A stretch of 61,049 nucleotides of DNA, filler included. It is 11 parts of 11 records of this genome, joined end to end, with 100 filler letters (N's around TTAATTAATTAA, not from the genome) between each part and the next. Parts side by side here need not be neighbours in the genome. Positions count along the whole stretch, not along the records: positions 53,633 to 57,698 come from SRR7504441_20537; positions 57,799 to 61,049 come from SRR7504441_20544; 9 more parts are not named here. One strand, written 5' to 3'. Of the stretch, positions 55,204 to 61,049 are shown piece by piece. The notes beneath the pieces were generated by a model. It had not been told where the DNA came from. It did not search any database and worked only from the letters and a program-made list of their open reading frames with translations. The position numbers were made by a program, and so were the translations under genes. Position 1 is the stretch's first letter; every line of letters begins with the position of its first letter.

Positions 55204-57697
55204 TCATAACAGCGATGGCGCCGGTCGGGGAGGTCGGTCTATCAGCATGCTTTGATTTCCAGCGACCGCACTGACATCATCCGGTGCGAGCGCTGCACAA
55301 CCCCAGCCAGGCTGATAGAAGCAACGGTCACACACCCGTACAGCCCGCATGATCCCTAACCCCGGCAGCGGCTGGCGGTTCTCGGCGCATCCGTCGCACA
55401 CCAGCAGCCCACAACCGGGGCAATTCCGCCGGTCAAATATCTGTTGCGACTCTCCAGAGGTGGTCGAATCCCATGTAAAGTCACTCCCACAGCAGTTACA
55501 CACCTGACAAGACCTGCTCACCCCGCCATACACCCGACGCCCCACCTGGGCCTCGCAGTAGCGCTGCCAGCATGGAGGCGGCTGCGTCGCATTCATCGCG
55601 TCAGCAGCTCCCCGGAGCGCCGAAAGCACCCTCATCGAGCCGTGATCCTTAATCAGATTGGCGTACGGCTCGATTCGAGTCAGGCACGGGTGGTCCCTCT
55701 CCACCCACGCAGCTGCCCCGCACTCAACCGGGCACAGCAGCAGCACCCACCCCGGTAAGTCCCATGGAACTGGTACAAGTGCATCAATCGGCCCGGCACA
55801 TACAGTGTCGTCAGGCTGAGCCGGTGCCGTTCGTGCTTATCCAAATGAACCGCTTGGTCCGCCTCAGCCTTGGCGATCGCCGCCTCAGCTAGTCGCCGTG
55901 TGTTCGGAGTGAGCACAGGCGCTTCAGGGCTCTCCGGGGGGGCGGGCAGCGGCGGCTTGCGCTTGGGCTGAGCTGGGAGAGTTTTGCTCAGGGCGCTCCA
56001 CATCCGCCACTGTCTGAAGGTAATCTCCAGGTCAATCTGAAACTCTTCCGTGTCCACCCAGCGATCACGCTTGGCCCCGCGCCGTGTAGGCGCCCAGAGC
56101 GTGCGCAGGCGGCCAGCTACATCCCTAAAGTCCTGCCGGAGTTGGGAGGGCCACTCAGACGCATAGTCCTTGAGCTCCTCAAACAGCTGGAGCACGTTCC
56201 GCGCGGAGGCACGGGGCACGATGTCGTCGTGCAAGAGCACCGAGTCGACCAGCTTGCCGGCGAGCTCGGCCAGCCTAGCGTCCATGCACGCCGGCGGCGA
56301 GAAGGCGACGCAGCGGATGCCCGGGATGCTAGCTGCTAGCCTGAGAGTGAGAAGGGACGCCACTCCTGCCCCGAGCGAATGGCCAACCAAGACGATTTTG
56401 TACCCCTCCGCGTGCAGTTTAGTGAGCACGGTGGCCACCTCTAGTTCGAGCCAGAGCGCCGCATTGGCCATCCCGGCATGTGCTGTCCCCACAAGCCAAC
56501 CCTCGTGCTCATGGCTCGGGCAGTTTGAAGCCGCGGCCTCGGCCGTCAGCGGCACTTGGAAACACTCAGGCAGAGCGTTTGCATTGGTGAAGACGTCTAG
56601 GAGGTTCTTGGAGCCTCGGACCGCAAAGATCGCCTCCCGTCGCTGCCTACAAGCCGCCAAGTAAAACCCAGGCTGCTCCTTGGCCTTAGTGCCCTTCTCC
56701 TGCACCACGCTGTGAGCTGCAGCAACACACGAGGCGAACCAGAAACAGCAAAGTCTCGCCCTGCTGCCGGAGCAGCCGTTGGGTGTCCCACGGCTTCTGC
56801 ACATACGCGAAGCAGAGCGCCATCGGAGCCACCCTGCCCTCTAGTCAGCGCCTGCCTGACCCGCACGCTGCCTGAGAAAGTCTAAAATCTGCTCCCGTGA
56901 GACCTCCGGGCAGTCGTCATGCTCGCGCTGCTCGGCGTCCGGGTCGTTGCCGCGCTCGCCCCGCTTGTGCGCGAAGAAATAAAACATCCCGGCAGATAAA
57001 TCGGTCATGTCCACACCTTCGATCTGTGCACCGTTATCAGCGGACGAGCCGCGCCGCAAGGCTGCACCTCGCCAGTGAGGGTGCGGATTATCTCAATCGC
57101 CTCGACAAAGTCGTTCCGGAGCGCCAGCGAGGCGATCCCGTAGATCCCGTATTTCCGACACAAATCGGCCCCTTTAAGAGTGTACTTGGCTGCTGCTTTG
57201 TACTGTCCCAGCGGCAGCAGCCCGACTATGTTCTTGGCCGCCACCACAACCCCGCCCGCCACACGGAGCGCCTTATCGCCCGTGCTCTCGGCGGGCTCCT
57301 CGATCGGCGGCGGGTCGGTTCCAGCTAGGAACCCGTCTAGTGCGGCCATCCGATCTGCCCGCCGCCGCTCTAGCAGCTCGTGCAAGTAGTCCAAGTGACA
57401 TGGATCGCACAGCTTCTGCTTGGTCTCGTCCTGCTCCACCTCGTTCCGCAGGCACGCCTTGCACACCGCCGCCTGACACCGAGGGCACACCGCACGGGCC
57501 CGGTTCTGCCAAGGAAACCTCGAAAACTCGGTCTCGCACCGCTCGCAACTCTCCAGCTCCTCCGCGGGCGCCGGCGCCTCGGGCTCGGCCGGCTCAGTCG
57601 GCTCGTCAGTGCGGCTTAGCAGCCGCTCGCGCAGGAGTTGGACCCAGGAGCGCGAGTCTTGGCCCTCTGGCGGTTCGAGCACGCAATGGTCGTCCAT
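55204..57697 (-). CDS. Class 3 (DAG-lipase-like) lipase flanked by two FYVE-like zinc fingers
   Basis: AVRGSKNLLDVFTN, AHAGM, LVGHSLGAGVA, HDDIVPR, LYVPGRLMHL and catalytic DH. N- and C-terminal Cys8 fingers. Three short introns. Confidence 0.85.
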
Positions 57698-57698
57698 C

Positions 57699-57798
57699 NN
57701 NNNNNNNNNNNNNNNNNNNNNNNNNNNNNNNNNNNNNNNNNNTTAATTAATTAANNNNNNNNNNNNNNNNNNNNNNNNNNNNNNNNNNNNNNNNNNNN
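57699..57798. other. Artificial contig linker
   Basis: 44N-TTAATTAATTAA-44N. Confidence 0.98.
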
Positions 57799-60700
57799 AT
57801 ATCGACCCCGTCGATAACAATCGAGCTCGGTGGGGTCGGCTCCACTAGACGTGTCAGCGCTACTATCAAGCTAGACTTGCCAGCGCCGGTTCGTCCAACA
57901 CACCCCACGCGCTCTCCTGGGGCTAACGTGAAGCTGACTTGGTCGAGCACATCCGGTCCGTTCAGGCTGTATCGCAAAGTCAAGTTGGTTACATGCATCT
58001 GGCCTTTCTCCGGCCATCCAACTGCTGGCAATGCTACTTCGGCACGCACTGGCTTGTCCTCACCTGGCCTATCCACGTGCTTTGTACAGCTATCGCGACG
58101 TTGGGCGAGCTCTTTGAGCTTGATGCAGTGCTCTAGCAACATGACACACAGCAAGGAAAGGAAAGCCGTATTGACGAGCAGCACACCTGCGTCGCCTGCG
58201 CTGAGCTGCAGCACTGGGCTGCCACTGCCAGTGCTGAACACTATGATCACTGCGACCAGCCCATAGCCAATTACGCCCACTAAGGCACACCGCAGTTCCA
58301 CCCAGCAAGAACCAGCAAGCAGCCGATGTGCCAGCTGCGCATGCTCCATCAGCAGTGCGGAATGCTCCTCCAAGTAGGCTGTATCCCTTCCGTATGCACG
58401 CAGCACCACTGCGCCCGAGTAGATGCTGCTGAGTTTATCGAGTGCTCTTGTCGCTGCCACTTCCACCTCACCAGGTAGTGCCAGATACTCGGCGCCAAGT
58501 TGAGATACAGTGCAATAGCCGACTGGGACTAGAATTGCGAGGACTGCCAGGAAGAGCGGAGTATAGTAGGTGCAGACAACGATCACAGCGGTCGACCAGC
58601 CGCAGCCGTGTTGAGTAAACTCGACAATGGAGAAGCCGTCAGAGTCGAGCATTCCAATCGTGTTGGTGAACATTTGGAGCAGTTCCCCGTTCGAAACCTG
58701 CGTAAAGAACTGGAGAGGAGCCCGCTGAACTGCCGCCAACATTTGGTGGTGCAGCTCGTCATTCGAGCGGCCAACGCCACACACGAACACTGCCTGGCGG
58801 GCTATGGCCAACCCTAGCGCTACCAGCACAGACCCACCGTACAAGAGATTGTACGTCCACGTCTCGGCAAGGGAGCAGCTCTCTTTGTCGGTCCAATCTC
58901 CAAGGATTACGACCCCCGCCTCAATCACCAGACACTCCAAAATTTGAAGCGCTGCAGCCGGCAACGCCATTCGGAGCCCACCAACTGTTTGTATTGCCTG
59001 ACACAATATTCCGCAGAAGCCCAAGCTGTCCGATGGCGCTAACACTGACGATGTTGGACGTGCTGGCTGCTCATTGTCGTCATTGGCAAGCTCTTCGTGC
59101 AGGCTCGCGCAATCGTCTTGCAGTGAGCTTGCCGGTACACAAGCCAAGCATCCATCAGTGAGTCTCGCTACTGAGTCGCACCGCTGCAAGATCTGCAAAG
59201 CGATGGTCAGCCAGCAGTGTGTGTGTGCTAAAGCATACACCTGGATGTCATTCGATACAAGCAGCCGAGTGCTTCCTGCGAGCACGTCGAGGATGGCTTG
59301 GTTGAACACCTGAAACGACACCTTGGCATCAAGTGCAGCCAGCACTGCGTCCATGACGGCCACGCTCGGTGCTGCGTAGAGGCACCGGGCGAGCCCCAAC
59401 CGCGCCTGTTGGCCACCAGAGAGCACCAGCCCACTCACCTGTCCTCTCATTACATTTCAGGCATGCAATGCGCACCTCTGTCTCGAATGCGTTGGGATAG
59501 TTTTGAATTTCATCGATCAGTGCGCATGCCGCACTCACTCGGAGAAGTTTCGCCATGTCGGTGGGCTGGCCAAGTGTAATATTCTCACGCAGCGTGCCGT
59601 CAAACACGACAGGCACTTGAGGAACGTAGCCCACTGCCGAACGGTTCATCACCACACTCCCTGTGCTAGGAATCAGCTCTCCGAGTACGGCGTGCAGCAG
59701 CGTGCTCTTGCCACTCGCTACGGTCCCGCACACACCGCACAGTGATCCGGGCAGCAGCTCGAGTCGAGGCACGCTCAGAACAAACTCGGGCGTGCTGTTC
59801 TTTGAAGAAACTGGATTGATTTCGCCCGACCAGCAGGCCGTCAAGTCAGAGATGACTACCCCTTCAGATGTGACCTGATCCCTGACAGGAGGCTCCGGCG
59901 CAAGGAACTGGCTGATTCTCTCGGCGGCTGCAATCGCCTTTGAAACTTCCCTGCAAGCCACCGGGAATCTATAGACCTTTCCGTGCAGAATCGCCAACAC
60001 AACCCACATTGAGAACGCCGTGCTCGCTGACAGATCCTCGCGCATGGCCAGCGTGTACACGGCTAGCACCGCAACTGCGATCCAGTCAACGGCGTTGTTT
60101 CCCGATACATGCAACATTCCGACCATCTTGTTGCACCGCCGAGCCACCGCTGACTCGGCCATCCTGGCCGAGTCAAGCGTAGCTACAAGCCGCGACTCCC
60201 AGGCCGACAGCCTCACGGGTTTGATACCGCCCAACATTTCGCCCAGCAGCTGGCACCGTGAGTCGGCGAGTTTGCCCTTGTGCTCCATGGCAGTCTCAAG
60301 CCGGTGTGACACCAGCTGCGAGGCCCCTAGCGAGAGCAGCACCACCCCGAGCCCCCCGAAGCACGCCCACCCCACCAGCATGTACAGGATCGCAACCAGC
60401 GCTATGATCTCGCCCGGCTGGATCACCAGACCTATCCCGGAGCTGAAGATCCGGGCAGCCGCGGCCGCTTCGTGGGCCGCCAGGTTGGTTGCCTCCCCCG
60501 CGGTGCCTGGTACCGTGGCCCGCGGCATTTGAAGCACGATCCGGGCGATCTCGCCCTGGTAGACTGTGGCCAGCTCCAGCCCGGCCAGCCGGGCCCAGTA
60601 ATTATACTGCTGAAGCATCACCGACCCGAGAGCGCTCGCGACCAGCAATCCGGCCGCGTAGCCCACCCCCGCGGCGTACGCTGGGCTGTCAGAGTGTTCG

Positions 60701-60921
60701 TAGTCCTCGCACCACTGGAGCAGCCAGAGGACGAGCACGGGCTGCACAAGCGTGGCCAGCACTTGCCCGCAGTAGCAACCCACCGCCCACCGCAGTTTGA
60801 CTGGGGCGAACCGGGCCAGTCGCCAGACCGAACCCGAATCATCCGGGAGCGGCTGGCCGGCAAAGTTGGACAGCCGCCAGCCCTCCCCGCCCAGCGCACC
60901 GCGGAACACCAGCTGGCCCAT
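57799..60921 (-). CDS. ABCC/MRP-family ABC transporter, 3' partial
   Basis: TMD1, NBD1 (GTVASGKS, LSGGQQARLGLAR), TMD2, WPEKG and NBD2 (VGRTGAGKSSL). Two short introns. Start approximate. Confidence 0.92.
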
Positions 60922-61049
60922 CCGGATCTCCGCCGGCTCGCCCGGGAGTGCTCGGTCCTGGTCAACCTCGACTCATCAGCAGTCAGCTTCACCAGACCGC
61001 GCGCAGCGGCAGCTGATCATTTTTTTTTTTGCGAAAAATCATTAGTTTA

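Noticed and set aside
8451-57798. Recurrent TTAATTAATTAA flanked by Ns as a biological repeat
   Set aside because: Ten identical 100-nt blocks with stops in all six frames: an artificial contig joiner. Adjacency across them (for example MORN next to dynein) is not evidence of linkage.

Overview
Eukaryotic (protist or microalgal) nuclear DNA, not prokaryotic. The window is 11 contigs joined by ten artificial 100-nt linkers (44N-TTAATTAATTAA-44N), so gene order across linkers is meaningless. The genome is very gene-dense and GC-rich. It has tiny spliceosomal introns (mostly 36-47 nt, several GC-AG), almost strictly alternating gene orientation, 42-110 nt divergent spacers, and AT-rich convergent spacers full of GTAC/TACTCGTA palindromes. 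Recognisable genes: eIF2-alpha kinase-like kinase, BT1 folate transporter, USP, myosin, MORN protein, Furry/TAO3-like, TLC protein, CHD3/4-type remodeller, isochorismatase, SmD2, SKP1-like, VWA8, Arf, NTPDase, MPP10, FYVE-lipase and an ABCC transporter. The best candidate for an undescribed system is at 27-1380: the C-terminal part of a bacterial Rex-type NAD(H)-sensing Rossmann domain fused in one exon to an HRI/GCN2-type eIF2-alpha kinase, suggesting redox-gated translational control. Other highlights are a dynein heavy chain reduced to four colinear fragments, a deletion-scarred MORN gene (possible flagellar gene decay), a Stc1-like Zn finger-SKP1 fusion, and an Arf with Lys at the catalytic Gln. 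All family assignments come from motif recognition by eye; no database searches were run.
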